NCBI GenBank assembly: GCA_044370475.1 | Contig: JBILVK010000004.1 | Coordinates: 4,596-68,595 of the forward strand | Direction of reading: 5' to 3' | Source of the DNA: Bacteroidia bacterium | Lineage (GTDB): Bacteria; Bacteroidota; Bacteroidia; UKL13-3 | DNA length: 64,000 nucleotides | Shown: in pieces, positions 38,516 through 48,772 of the stretch | How the letters are laid out: every line of letters begins with the position of its first letter | How positions within the stretch are numbered: the stretch's first letter is position 1 | Position numbers and translations under genes: made by a program | Notes under the pieces: generated by a model | What the model saw: only the letters and a program-made list of their open reading frames with translations | The model's database searches: none | What the model was told of the DNA's origin: nothing

Positions 38516-40141
38516 ATGCTGCTAAGTGCGTTTCTTCTTTTTTACGGTCTGACCCTATCCTTTTTAATAGGAAAATTTAGTTGGAGCTATTTGCAAAAAT
38601 GGGCTGGTTTACCTCTAAATCAAAATCTCCATTTTGCTATTTTCCCTATCATTGGATTAGCTGCCATGAGCCCAATTATAGGCATCTATCATTTGTTTTT
38701 TAGCATAGATATTTACCTTCATTTGTTTTTTCTTTCCTGCTTGATTGGTGCCCATAAAATTTGCCGAATATGGCTTAAAGAAGTATGGATAGAAATAATA
38801 GAACATAAAGGTGTTTTTGTTTTGTTATTTATTGCGGCATTGCTCTCCATCATTGGTAGACCAGGTGTTGGCGACATTTCAGATTATCATTTGCAAGCCA
38901 TTAAATGGGCAGAAAATTTTCCCAATATTTTGGGTTTGGGTAATTTTAATAGGCCCTTAGCAAACAATAATTGGTGGTTTAATATGCATGCCTTTTTGGG
39001 TTTTTCTTGGCTGGGGGTTCAATCTGTTTATGTTGGGAATGCGGTGTTTTTTATCAGCATGTTTTCTTGGTTTTATTGCTCAGAACCCATCTCTGTAGGC
39101 CATCAATGGATGCGATTTTTCTTTGCTGCATTTATTATCCTGTCTTTAAAAACAGCCTTTGTTGGCGCGGTTACACCAGATTTTGTAGTCACCCTCATGA
39201 TCTACCTTTCCATCGATTTATTTATCATCGGTTCGAACCGAAATGATTTGAAAAAGAGTAGCTATCTCTTGTTAATATTACTTATTAGTTGGGTGCTAAC
39301 TGTGAAGGCAACTGCCATTGTATTTTTTATGCTTCCCTTCTTGTGGTTTATCCATTTTGTAAGGCAAAAGGAATTTTCTCTTTTGGCAAAATCTATCTTG
39401 GTGGCTTTAGTATTTTTAGTTCCATGGATTATTGGAAACGTGCTCATTTGTGGTTACCTCTTGTACCCGTTTAACGGCATCGACTTGTTTAAGGTTGATT
39501 GGAAAGTGCCGGGCTATTATTTTGATTTTGATAAGATTGTTTTAAGCAGTTGGGGTAAGGTAGGCGGACAAGATATCTATGTAACCCAAAAGATGCGGTT
39601 TTGGGAGTGGATGCCTATTTGGTTGAGTAGGTTAGATATGCTTAACATGGCTCTGGTAGCGGGATTTGTGGCAAGCACACCTGTGTTATTGTTTTTTATG
39701 CCCAAAAATAAGAAAGCCATTTGGCCCATTTTGTTTGTGCTGGTAAGCTTTCTTTTAATCTTTTTAAATGGCCCGCATCCAAGGTTTTTGTTTGGCTATA
39801 TGGTAAGCAGTTTGGCCTTTGTTTTTTATTTTATAGGCGACAGAATTCCTTTTAAAATGCCAAGCTTTGCCTTGCCTGTTTTGGGGGCATTGTTAAGTGG
39901 ATTTTTACTCTTTAAATTGTTTGCAGATGGTAGTTTGCAGCAGGGATTATTAAAGCCAAAACCTTATCCAAATGAAATATTAGAAGAAAGAAGTTTGGGC
40001 AATTTTAAGTTTCATGTATCCAAGCAAACCAATTTGTGTTGGGATAAATTCCCAAGCACCTATTACTTTATAGATTCTGTAGAATTGCGTGGTAAAAGTG
40101 TAGAAGAAGGCTTTAGGGTTGGGCAACCTTCGCAGAAATAA
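38516..40141 (+). CDS. Large polytopic membrane protein of unknown function (possible GT-C-like glycosyltransferase)
   Basis: 541 aa with at least 10 hydrophobic spans and a soluble C-terminal tail. I recognised no catalytic motif. The function is inferred only from its neighbours. Confidence 0.45.
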   Translation: MLLSAFLLFYGLTLSFLIGKFSWSYLQKWAGLPLNQNLHFAIFPIIGLAAMSPIIGIYHLFFSIDIYLHLFFLSCLIGAHKICRIWLKEVWIEIIEHKGVFVLLFIAALLSIIGRPGVGDISDYHLQAIKWAENFPNILGLGNFNRPLANNNWWFNMHAFLGFSWLGVQSVYVGNAVFFISMFSWFYCSEPISVGHQWMRFFFAAFIILSLKTAFVGAVTPDFVVTLMIYLSIDLFIIGSNRNDLKKSSYLLLILLISWVLTVKATAIVFFMLPFLWFIHFVRQKEFSLLAKSILVALVFLVPWIIGNVLICGYLLYPFNGIDLFKVDWKVPGYYFDFDKIVLSSWGKVGGQDIYVTQKMRFWEWMPIWLSRLDMLNMALVAGFVASTPVLLFFMPKNKKAIWPILFVLVSFLLIFLNGPHPRFLFGYMVSSLAFVFYFIGDRIPFKMPSFALPVLGALLSGFLLFKLFADGSLQQGLLKPKPYPNEILEERSLGNFKFHVSKQTNLCWDKFPSTYYFIDSVELRGKSVEEGFRVGQPSQK

Positions 40142-40144
40142 AAT

Positions 40145-40882
40145 TTATTGCCACTTCTTTTTAAAATCATCTTGGGCAAATGATTTTTCTATGAGGCAGT
40201 ATAATAGAATATAAAAATACCTGCTTCCCATTTCCTTTATCTTAAGATTAGACACCCCGTGTTTTCTATTGGTCCAAGTGTTTGGTACAACTGCATAGGT
40301 ATAGCCGCGTATAATAGCTTTTAAGGGGATTTCTACTGTAAGGTTAAAGTGTGGCGACATGAAAGGTTTAACGCCCTCAATCGTTTCTCTTTTATAGAGT
40401 TTAAAGGCATTGGTTACATCATTGTATTTAATGCCAAACATGATCCTCACCAAATTATTGAAGAATCGGTTCAGGTAAAGCTTATGTTTTGGATAATCGA
40501 ATACCTTGCCGCCCTTACTCCAGCGGGTTCCAAACACACAATCATGTCCTTCTAACAATTTGTTATAGAAGAGGATTAAATCGTCTGGAGAATCACTTAG
40601 ATCGGCCATCATTACAGCTACACAATCACCTTTAAATCTTTCTAGGCCATATCTTACTGCGTAGCCAAAACCGTTGGGACCTTTATTGGTATATACCTCT
40701 AGTGTAGGAATAGCTAATTGAAGGATTTCAAGAACTTCTAAAGTGTTGTCTTTGGAGTTATCATTTACCACCACAATTTCGTGTGGAATATTAGATTGAA
40801 TCAAAGTAGCATAAAGTTTCTCTAAAGTTTCTACAATGCTTTCTGCCTCATTATAGGCGGGTATAACTACACTTAATTTCAT
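40145..40882 (-). CDS. Family 2 glycosyltransferase (DPM1/ArnC-like polyprenyl-phosphate glycosyltransferase)
   Basis: N-terminal VVIPAYNEAESI, VVVNDNSKDNT and an acidic MMADLSD motif. At 245 aa it is a soluble GT-A fold. Confidence 0.8.
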   Translation of the reverse strand: MKLSVVIPAYNEAESIVETLEKLYATLIQSNIPHEIVVVNDNSKDNTLEVLEILQLAIPTLEVYTNKGPNGFGYAVRYGLERFKGDCVAVMMADLSDSPDDLILFYNKLLEGHDCVFGTRWSKGGKVFDYPKHKLYLNRFFNNLVRIMFGIKYNDVTNAFKLYKRETIEGVKPFMSPHFNLTVEIPLKAIIRGYTYAVVPNTWTNRKHGVSNLKIKEMGSRYFYILLYCLIEKSFAQDDFKKKWQ

Positions 40883-40886
40883 GAAA

Positions 40887-41540
40887 CTATTTCATGGGTT
40901 TTTGTGCCACTAGGAGAAATTGTTTTCCCATAAATCTCCAAGCAAAAGGCATTTGAAAATACATTTTTACCAGAAAATCTGTCACAGGAATTTTGCCTCT
41001 AAAGCTTAAAGGTAAGAACCTATCATGAACCTCTTTTACCTCAAATCCTGCGCCATATAAGTGCTCTGCAACACCTAATTCTGTAAGGATTACAGTGTGG
41101 TCTGCAAAGTCAAAATAGTTAGCTGCACAGTATTTGAAATTGGGGCCCATAATGGCAATTTTACCACCTGGTTTTAAGATAGCAAACATGCGTTCAAGGA
41201 AATTAGCTACGTCCTCTTGACTATGCAAATGCTCCAAAAAATTTGAAACATAAACCCCTTCAAAATAATTGAGCGGTAAGCTTACATCTAGGTTATTTCC
41301 TATCACCACTTTTACATCGCTTTGAGCCGCACGTTTGGTATGCTCGCCCATATCAACAGCCCATCTTTCTTTAGCAGGTACTTGATTTATAAATTCACAA
41401 TCACCCGCTGCTGGATCAATCATGGAGCTAGGTTTTCCTAGTTTTTCATGTATAAATTCAGCAATTATTTTCCAGGTCGACAGTTTTTTATTTCTATCAA
41501 CACCCTTAAACCTGTATTCGTATATTCTATCGTAATTCAT
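40887..41540 (-). CDS. Class I SAM-dependent methyltransferase
   Basis: 217 aa. It has a motif I-like DPAAGDCEF and a post-I/II pattern (LKPGGKIAIMGPN). Confidence 0.75.
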   Translation of the reverse strand: MNYDRIYEYRFKGVDRNKKLSTWKIIAEFIHEKLGKPSSMIDPAAGDCEFINQVPAKERWAVDMGEHTKRAAQSDVKVVIGNNLDVSLPLNYFEGVYVSNFLEHLHSQEDVANFLERMFAILKPGGKIAIMGPNFKYCAANYFDFADHTVILTELGVAEHLYGAGFEVKEVHDRFLPLSFRGKIPVTDFLVKMYFQMPFAWRFMGKQFLLVAQKPMK

Positions 41541-41544
41541 CTTT

Positions 41545-42621
41545 TTAACAATCCTTAACTATCATTCGTTCGTTCATTTTATCATGCATTTCAACCAATG
41601 TAGCTTCTAGGTTATATTTCCAATCCCAATTAGGGTAATGTGATTTAAATTTATTTACATCACTTATATACCAAATATGGTCGCCTATTCTGTTGGTTTC
41701 AGAATAACTATAACTCATTTTTTTGCCACTTATTTTCTCACACCAATCAATGGCCTCAAGCATACTACAATTGGCAAACCTACCGCCACCTGCATTGTAT
41801 ACTTCACCCTGACGAGGATTTTGGTAATAGTGCCAAAACATGTTCACCAAATCGGCACTGTGAATATTGTCTCTTACTTGTTTTCCCTGGTAGCCAAAAA
41901 TGGTATAATGATTACCCATAATGGCACATTTCATCAGGTAAGCCAAGAAGCCATGTAATTGCGCTCCGCTGTGGTTTGGTCCGGTTAAACAACCCCCTCT
42001 AAACACGCCAGTTTTCATGCCAAAATACCTTCCATACTCCTGCACCATAATATCTGCCGCCACTTTGCTAGCGCCAAAAACACTATGTTTGGTTTGGTCA
42101 ACGCTCATGGTTTCATCTATGCCATGGGCAAAAAAAGCATGCGATTCATCAATTTCCCACCTTTTTTCTAGTTCCACCAAAGGCAAAGCATTTGGCGTAT
42201 CGCCATACACTTTATTGGTAGAAGTAAAAATAAACACTGCATCTGGGCAATTTAAGCGGGTAAGTTCTAACATGTTTAAAGTGCCCGTTGCGTTTACGCC
42301 AAAATCTGTTAATGGTTCTTTTGCGGCCCAATCATGGCTAGGTTGCGCAGCAGCATGTATAATTAACTTAATGTCTGAACCGAACTCATGAAATATTTTT
42401 TCTAATCCAGCATAATCTCTAATATCGGTATCGTATGATTTAAAATTGCCATACTTTTCTTCTAACCTATTTTTATTCCAAATGGTAGAACCATCTGCAC
42501 CAAAAAAGTAGGAACGAAGGTTATTGTCGATGCCCACAACGAGGTCGAATTTTTTGGTAAAAAACTCAACAGATTCTCCTCCAATAAGTCCGCTACTACC
42601 TGTTATTATCGCAATATTCAT
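41545..42621 (-). CDS. NAD-dependent epimerase/dehydratase (extended SDR)
   Basis: Rossmann motif ITGSSGLIG and the catalytic YGASK (YxxxK) motif. Confidence 0.85.
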   Translation of the reverse strand: MNIAIITGSSGLIGGESVEFFTKKFDLVVGIDNNLRSYFFGADGSTIWNKNRLEEKYGNFKSYDTDIRDYAGLEKIFHEFGSDIKLIIHAAAQPSHDWAAKEPLTDFGVNATGTLNMLELTRLNCPDAVFIFTSTNKVYGDTPNALPLVELEKRWEIDESHAFFAHGIDETMSVDQTKHSVFGASKVAADIMVQEYGRYFGMKTGVFRGGCLTGPNHSGAQLHGFLAYLMKCAIMGNHYTIFGYQGKQVRDNIHSADLVNMFWHYYQNPRQGEVYNAGGGRFANCSMLEAIDWCEKISGKKMSYSYSETNRIGDHIWYISDVNKFKSHYPNWDWKYNLEATLVEMHDKMNERMIVKDC

Positions 42622-42625
42622 TTTC

Positions 42626-43699
42626 TTAATTTAAGATATTCTTTAAATTTTGTTCATTGGCTTTCATCCAATCAAAGGTATCGGCAACCAAGTCTTTCAT
42701 CGATTTTTGAGGTTTCCATGCCCCATTATTTACCTCATTTAAATAGCTATTATCGCTTACATAAATCCTTACATCAGCAGTTCTATTTTCTACCACAGGT
42801 TTTATAGAGATTTTGTTGCTTGTTACCTCCTCACATAATTTTGTGAGTTCAAGAAGACTAAAAGAGCAATCTAATCCACCACCCACATTCATGGTTTTGT
42901 TATTGTATACCTCAACATGATGAATCTGATGGTCTATCAGATTTAACAGGTCGTGGGCATGCATTACATCTCTCATTTGCTTTCCTGTTCCACCATAACC
43001 AATATAAGACAATTGGCCTTTAAAGAAATGCCTTGCAAGCCACAATACCAGCACCCCTTGGTCTACCTTGCCCATTTGCCAAGGTCCGCTTATTACACCA
43101 CATCTGTTTATAATGGTCTTTAGTCCTTTAAGTTCATTGTATTCTGTTATGAGTAATTCTGAAGCTAGTTTGGTGGTGCCATAAAAGCTTCTGCTTCCTT
43201 CTAACGGAAAATCCTCTCTAACTCCCTTAGAAGAAATGCCCCTAAGGCTTTGCTCATCCTTCCAAACAAAGCGAGTATCTAACTCCTCGAAAGCCGCAGC
43301 TTCTAAATTTTTTATTGGGTAAATTCTACTTGTGGAAAGGAAGATAAAAGCAGCGTTTGTTCTTTGCGCCAATTCCAAGCAATTTACTGTTCCGTTTAAA
43401 TTAGCTTGAATAAGCGGCATCACTGGAGAATTAATGCCAGATAAAACGCTTGGATCAGCCGAAGCATCAATGATAAAGTCTAATTGGCTAAATTCTATGA
43501 GGTCCTCTGGATTTCTAATATCTCCATGTACAAATTCAACTTCGGCCTCTTTTAAACGCACCAAGTTAAGCTCAGATCCGCGCCTACGCAGGTTATCTAG
43601 CGCAATAATCCTATAATGAGGATAGCGCTGTTTTAAGCCAATGGATAAGGTTGATCCCACAAATCCTGCTCCGCCTGTAATTAAAATCTGTTTGCCCAT
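42626..43699 (-). CDS. NAD-dependent epimerase/dehydratase (extended SDR, CDP-paratose-epimerase-like)
   Basis: Rossmann motif [10 protein letters not shown] and the catalytic YGTTK (YxxxK) motif. It is the first gene of a tightly spaced four-gene minus-strand operon. Confidence 0.85.
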   Translation of the reverse strand: MGKQILITGGAGFVGSTLSIGLKQRYPHYRIIALDNLRRRGSELNLVRLKEAEVEFVHGDIRNPEDLIEFSQLDFIIDASADPSVLSGINSPVMPLIQANLNGTVNCLELAQRTNAAFIFLSTSRIYPIKNLEAAAFEELDTRFVWKDEQSLRGISSKGVREDFPLEGSRSFYGTTKLASELLITEYNELKGLKTIINRCGVISGPWQMGKVDQGVLVLWLARHFFKGQLSYIGYGGTGKQMRDVMHAHDLLNLIDHQIHHVEVYNNKTMNVGGGLDCSFSLLELTKLCEEVTSNKISIKPVVENRTADVRIYVSDNSYLNEVNNGAWKPQKSMKDLVADTFDWMKANEQNLKNILN

Positions 43700-43812
43700 T
43701 TTTTGGAAAGAACCGCAATTTTAGCGAATTGTTGTGAATTTCATTGGCTTTTTTCTTATTTGCGCCTTTATTAATCAAAGATTTTCATAATTTCGAAGCT
43801 TTAACACAGAAT

Positions 43813-44748
43813 ATGTCTACGGAAAGAATTTTAATTATTGGTTCAAACGGCCAAATAGGTCTTGAATTGGCGGAAACGCTTAGGGTAAATTATGGTTCAG
43901 AAAATGTGGTGTGCAGCGATGTGCGCAAAATGGAGAATCAGTTAGAGCCCTTCGAAACCTTAGATGTATTGGATCAGACCAATTTGCACAGCATTATCAA
44001 AAAATACAATATTACTCAAGTATATTTATTAGCTGCCTTGTTAAGTGCTACTGCCGAGAAAAACCCGAAATTTGCTTGGGATTTAAATATGAATGGCTTG
44101 TTTAATGTGTTAGATTTAGCCAAAGAAGGAATTATTAAAAAAGTTTACTGGCCTAGTTCTATTGCGGTATTTGGTCCAAGTACACCAAGGGTTTTAACCC
44201 CACAATACACCGTAATGGAGCCTAATACCATTTATGGTATTAGCAAGCAAGCTGGAGAAAGATATTGCGAGTATTACCACCAAAAATATGGTGTTGATGT
44301 AAGAAGTATACGTTACCCTGGCTTAATAGGTTGGAAGAGTGCGCCAGGTGGAGGAACCACAGATTATGCGGTTCATATCTACCATGAGGCATTAAAATAT
44401 CAAAAATACGAATGCTTTTTGAGTGCAGAAACAGCATTGCCAATGATGTATATGCCAGATGCCATTAGGGCTACCATTGAGTTAATGGAGGCACCTGCAG
44501 AAAAGGTAAAAATTAGAAGCAGTTATAATGTAAGCGGCATAAGCTTTAATCCAGAAGATATTGCAGCAAGTATTCGCAAGTATATACCAGAATTTACCAT
44601 TAGCTACAAACCAGATTTTAGGCAAGCCATTGCAGATAGTTGGCCGCAAAGTATAAACGATGCCGAGGCTTGCGAACATTGGGGTTGGAAGCCAGATTTT
44701 GATTTAGATGGTATGACTAAAGTGATGTTGGAAAACTTAGGTAAATAG
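43813..44748 (+). CDS. tdh: L-threonine 3-dehydrogenase, SDR (UDP-glucose-4-epimerase-like) type
   Basis: The ATG at 43813 gives MSTERILIIGSNGQIGLEL... It has the YGISK catalytic motif and resembles short-chain Tdh of Flavobacterium/Cupriavidus (recalled). The kbl partner gene is in the same window. Confidence 0.7.
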   Translation: MSTERILIIGSNGQIGLELAETLRVNYGSENVVCSDVRKMENQLEPFETLDVLDQTNLHSIIKKYNITQVYLLAALLSATAEKNPKFAWDLNMNGLFNVLDLAKEGIIKKVYWPSSIAVFGPSTPRVLTPQYTVMEPNTIYGISKQAGERYCEYYHQKYGVDVRSIRYPGLIGWKSAPGGGTTDYAVHIYHEALKYQKYECFLSAETALPMMYMPDAIRATIELMEAPAEKVKIRSSYNVSGISFNPEDIAASIRKYIPEFTISYKPDFRQAIADSWPQSINDAEACEHWGWKPDFDLDGMTKVMLENLGK

Positions 44749-44754
44749 GCTTGC

Positions 44755-45345
44755 TTATTTGTCTATTATTTCCTTAAACTCTTTCAATTTATTTCCAATT
44801 TTAGTAAGCTCTTCATTTAACAAAAACACCATGGTGCTTTGATCGCTTTGGCTATAATCTTTTACATCTAAAAGCTTATTGGACAGGTTGTAAAAATTAG
44901 CCAATGGTAAGTTAAATTGTTGCTTTAAGGATTGGATAAGTTGATGATGGCTATCTAAGGATGCATTGAGCTTCATTTCTAAGAATGATTCATTGGTAAT
45001 ATCATAGGTAATTCCCATGCATCCAATAACTTCATTTTCATTGTTATAAACAGGGTTTAAGCTAAGCCGTCTAATCATTTTTATGCCCTGAATGAGCCTT
45101 GGGTCTTCTTCAATAATTCTATCCCCGTGCAATGCTTTTTGGTAAAGTGGTTTCCACCTTTTAACGGTTTCCTCAGAAACATGTGAAAATATATCATCAC
45201 CTATTTTGATAGGTTTGTCATAAAGACTATTTCTCATATCGAAAAATGCGGCATTGGCTACTACTAATTTAAAGTTGGTATCAAATGCCCAAACCATATC
45301 AGGAAGGCTATCTACTAAAGCCTTATAGAAAAATTCTTGACTCAT
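44755..45345 (-). CDS. Stand-alone PAS-domain protein
   Basis: 196 aa with a PAS-like N-terminal fold pattern (LVDSLPDMVWAFD..., ...GCMGITYDITNE) and a helical tail. Confidence 0.55.
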   Translation of the reverse strand: MSQEFFYKALVDSLPDMVWAFDTNFKLVVANAAFFDMRNSLYDKPIKIGDDIFSHVSEETVKRWKPLYQKALHGDRIIEEDPRLIQGIKMIRRLSLNPVYNNENEVIGCMGITYDITNESFLEMKLNASLDSHHQLIQSLKQQFNLPLANFYNLSNKLLDVKDYSQSDQSTMVFLLNEELTKIGNKLKEFKEIIDK

Positions 45346-45395
45346 CCCATTTAAAAATTAAGACGGAAAGAAACAAATACTTAAACAAGGGCAAG

Positions 45396-46046
45396 TTACA
45401 GATTTCTAAGTAAAACCGGAAATTCTTCTAATGTTTTCAGTTGATAGTCGGCAATAGAGAATTTTGGGTCGTTTTGTTTCTCTGCCTCTGGTACTGCAAC
45501 GCATAGCATTCTTGCGGCTTTTGCAGCAATAACACCATTCACAGAATCTTCAATCACCAAGCAATGTTTTGGGTCTGAACCTAATTTTTTTGCTGCAGTA
45601 ATAAAAATTCCAGGGTGAGGTTTGCCATAGGGTTCAAATTCGGCAGAATACAGTAAATCAAAATAGTCGCGGATGTTCAATTTGTCTACCACCGCATTTA
45701 TGAGTCGCATAGAAGATGACGAAGCCAAGGCACAGGCGTAATTGTGTTTTTTCACATAATTGAGAGAATCAATTACGCCGGGCAATGCTATCACCTCATT
45801 ACGCATATAAGACTCCATGCAATCGAGAATATCGTTTTCAGTTTGAGTAAAATTGGGGTTTGGCCAAGCTTGGTAATGGTACCAATGTTGCACCACTTCG
45901 CTTAAGCGAAACCCCATCACTTGTCTTAGTAACTCATCGTTTAGGTTCAGACCGAGCGCACCAAAAACTTCCTTTTCTGCAATTTTCCAGAATGGCTCAG
46001 AATCTACAAGTAGGCCATCCATATCAAATAATAAAGTTCCTACCAC
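45396..46046 (-). CDS. HAD-family sugar phosphatase (YniC/HxpB-like)
   Basis: HAD motifs FDMDGLLVDSE, ALASSS, and KPHP...EDSVNG are present. It looks colinear with E. coli YniC as I recall that sequence. The GTG start overlaps the upstream TAG by 1 nt. Confidence 0.8.
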   Translation of the reverse strand: MVGTLLFDMDGLLVDSEPFWKIAEKEVFGALGLNLNDELLRQVMGFRLSEVVQHWYHYQAWPNPNFTQTENDILDCMESYMRNEVIALPGVIDSLNYVKKHNYACALASSSSMRLINAVVDKLNIRDYFDLLYSAEFEPYGKPHPGIFITAAKKLGSDPKHCLVIEDSVNGVIAAKAARMLCVAVPEAEKQNDPKFSIADYQLKTLEEFPVLLRNL

Positions 46047-47347
46047 TAGTTGTTCATTAAAGCCTCAATTTCATCTGCCTCAATTGGGATATGCTGCATC
46101 AAATCTGTGCAACCATTTTCTGTAATGAGAACTTCATTTTCTAAACGAATTCCAATAGCCTCTTCGGCAATGTAAATGCCTGGCTCGCAGCTAAATGTCA
46201 TGCCCGCTTGCATAGGTTCATAACGCATACCCACATCGTGCACATCTATGCCCAAGAAATGACTTGTGCCATGCATGAAATACTTCTTGTAAGCAGGCCA
46301 TTTTGGATTTTGATTTTTGATATCATCTAAGGTGATTAGCTTTAAATCAACCAATTCTTTCTCCATTAATTGTCCCACTTGAACATGGTATTCCATTAAC
46401 AATGTTCCAGGTTTCAATAAAGATTTAGCTGCCTTCATTACACGAAGTACTGCGTTGTAAACTGCCTTTTGACGAGCGGTAAACTTGCCATTCACGGGCA
46501 AAGTTCTTGTCATGTCACTTGCATAATTGGCATAATCTGCACCGCTATCTAACAACAATAAATCACCATCTTTACATTGTTGGTTATTGTCTACATAATG
46601 CAAAATGCAAGAGTTTGCACCACTGGCTACGATTGGATTAAATGAATGTCCGCGTGCTTTATTGCGCAGGTATTCGTGAATAACTTCGGCTTCAACCTCA
46701 TATTCCCAAACCCCAGGTTTCACAAATTTTGCCACACGGTGAATCATCTTATTGCTAATTTCAATAGCCACCTTCATGAGGTCTAATTCTACCGATGATT
46801 TTATAGAACGTAGTCGCTGTAAAATAGGAGCTGCGCGCTCGTATTCGTGCAAAGGATAACGCTCTTTTATTTCTTTTGCAAAACGTAAACTTTGGTATGG
46901 CGTAGCAATTACTGCTCGGTCGTTTTCATTTAAACTCAGGTAAATATTTTCTGCATAATTGATGGGTGCATGAATTTTAACATTGAATTCATCGTACCAA
47001 AAAATATTGGTGATGCCACTTACTTTTTGCGCCTCTTCCATGGTCAATTTATAGCCATTCCACACCACCATCATATCGCTGGTGCGCTTAATGAAAAGGG
47101 CTTCTCTACATTCTTCAATAGGGCAATTGGGAGAGATGACTAAAACAGTGTCTTCCTGATCTACTCCAGTGAGCCAAAATAAATCTGAATTTTGTTTAAA
47201 GGCATGTGTTGCATCACCATTCCAAGGATGCTCATCGTTAGAATGAAACAACGCAATGCTATTGGGTTTAAGTTGAGCCCTAAATTTATTTCTATTTTCA
47301 ACAAAAAGTTGATTAGGAATTAGGTCGTATTTATTAATGCTTCTCAT
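46046..47347 (-). CDS. Xaa-Pro aminopeptidase (aminopeptidase P family, M24B)
   Basis: Pita-bread metal ligand blocks are present: LLLDSGADYANYASDMTRT, HGTSHFLGIDVHD and EPG...IRLEN. Confidence 0.85.
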   Translation of the reverse strand: MRSINKYDLIPNQLFVENRNKFRAQLKPNSIALFHSNDEHPWNGDATHAFKQNSDLFWLTGVDQEDTVLVISPNCPIEECREALFIKRTSDMMVVWNGYKLTMEEAQKVSGITNIFWYDEFNVKIHAPINYAENIYLSLNENDRAVIATPYQSLRFAKEIKERYPLHEYERAAPILQRLRSIKSSVELDLMKVAIEISNKMIHRVAKFVKPGVWEYEVEAEVIHEYLRNKARGHSFNPIVASGANSCILHYVDNNQQCKDGDLLLLDSGADYANYASDMTRTLPVNGKFTARQKAVYNAVLRVMKAAKSLLKPGTLLMEYHVQVGQLMEKELVDLKLITLDDIKNQNPKWPAYKKYFMHGTSHFLGIDVHDVGMRYEPMQAGMTFSCEPGIYIAEEAIGIRLENEVLITENGCTDLMQHIPIEADEIEALMNN

Positions 47348-47414
47348 GGTAAATCAAATTTGCTGGCAATGTACAAAAAGCAAATTTGAAATACCCCAAA
47401 AGGTGGGAAGTTTT

Positions 47415-48707
47415 TTAGGATATATTTTCTACAAGACTTTCCAATTTCATTCCCCTAGAACCTTTTAAGAAGATGAATTTTTGTTGAGGTGGATTTGCAG
47501 TAAAATAGTCGGCCAATTCCTGTGTTTGCTCAAATTTTTGATAGCTGCTATTTGTTTTTGAAAAAGCTTTACCTACCAATAGTACATTTTTAAGGCCTAA
47601 TTGCTGGCAATGATCAACCAGGTGTTGGTGCTCCTCTGCTTCATATACACCAAGCTCAAACATATCGCCTAGGCAAAGAATTTTATCATTACCAGGCATG
47701 GCCAAGAAATTTTTAATGCTAAGCTCCATGCTACTTGGATTGGCATTGTAAGCATCTAAGAATATTTTGTTGTGTTCCTTTTGGATGATTTGAGAGCGCA
47801 AATTTTGCGGTTCATAAGACTCAATTCCTTGTTTAATTTGGTCTTGGTTCAGACCGAAATGAAGGCCTATGCTAACCGCAGCAAGTATGTTATCAAAGTT
47901 GTAATCTCCGCTTAGGGGACTAATGATTTCTGTGCCTAAAAGATGGAAGACAATATTGGGTTGAAATGCTTTGGCATGTAAAAATGTTTCTTCGGTCTGA
48001 ACCGATTCGCTGATGGCATTTTTATAGAGAATGCGATTTTTTAAGGCGATGCTTTTCTCTAAAAGAACTTTATCTGCTGCGTTTACAAAGGCTATTCCCC
48101 CGTGTGTTTTGAGGTAATCGTAAAGCTCTGCATTGGAATTTATTACCCCTTCTAAACTGCCAAATCCTTCTAAATGGTCTTTGCCATTATTGGTTACAAT
48201 GCCATGTGTTGGCCGAGCAATATAGCAGAGTAAAGCGTTTTCTTTTTCATGATTAGCACCCATTTCGATAATGCCAATTTGATGCGAAGCATTGAGCATT
48301 AATAGGGTTAAGGGTAAGCCAATATGGTTGTTAAAATTGCCTGGTGTGCTTAGTACTTTATACTTGGTTTGTAGCACCGCATTGATTAATTCTTTGGTTG
48401 TGGTTTTTCCGTTTGAACCAACAATGGCAATGATGGGAATATTTAATTTTTCTTTGTGGTAGCGTGCCAGTTCTTGAAGGGTTTCTAATACATCTGGAAC
48501 CAAGATGCATTTGTTGGAACTTACGGCCTCTGGCTCATCTACAATAGCGTATGCTGCCCCATTTTCGAGGGCTTTGGTGGCAAACAAATTCCCGTTAAAA
48601 TTGCCACCTTTTAGGGCAAAGAATAAACAATTGGGACTTAATTTTCTCGTATCTGTGCAAACAACAGGGTGTTCTAAGTATAATTGGTACAGTTCTTTAA
48701 TCTGCAT
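47415..48707 (-). CDS. murF: UDP-N-acetylmuramoyl-tripeptide--D-alanyl-D-alanine ligase
   Basis: Mur ligase P-loop GSNGKTTTKE, plus the DAYNANPSSM block. Confidence 0.9.
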   Translation of the reverse strand: MQIKELYQLYLEHPVVCTDTRKLSPNCLFFALKGGNFNGNLFATKALENGAAYAIVDEPEAVSSNKCILVPDVLETLQELARYHKEKLNIPIIAIVGSNGKTTTKELINAVLQTKYKVLSTPGNFNNHIGLPLTLLMLNASHQIGIIEMGANHEKENALLCYIARPTHGIVTNNGKDHLEGFGSLEGVINSNAELYDYLKTHGGIAFVNAADKVLLEKSIALKNRILYKNAISESVQTEETFLHAKAFQPNIVFHLLGTEIISPLSGDYNFDNILAAVSIGLHFGLNQDQIKQGIESYEPQNLRSQIIQKEHNKIFLDAYNANPSSMELSIKNFLAMPGNDKILCLGDMFELGVYEAEEHQHLVDHCQQLGLKNVLLVGKAFSKTNSSYQKFEQTQELADYFTANPPQQKFIFLKGSRGMKLESLVENIS

Positions 48708-48726
48708 TTTAAGAAATATTAAATAA

Positions 48727-48734
48727 TAATTTTG
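48727..48734 (+). promoter_or_regulatory. Candidate -7 box for the first FG-GAP gene
   Basis: TAATTTTG matches TAnnTTTG and lies 39 nt upstream of the ATG. No clean -33 TTG is present. Confidence 0.3.
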
Positions 48735-48772
48735 GCGGACAATCTTTAACTTGCATCAAAATTAAGCTAGTC

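Noticed and set aside
39228-39241. Palindromic 14-mer TCGGTTCGAACCGA (an 18-mer match, ATTTCGGTTCGAACCGAT, counting the reverse complement) also present at 50867-50880 and 53175-53188
   Set aside because: Two of the three copies are explained by paralogy, since both encode ISVRTDKN in the T9SS CTDs. The third lies inside an unrelated CDS. One extra 18-mer match in 64 kb is within chance expectation, roughly a 10 percent event. It has no flanking repeat structure and no tRNA-like context despite the T-arm-like GGTTCGAACC.
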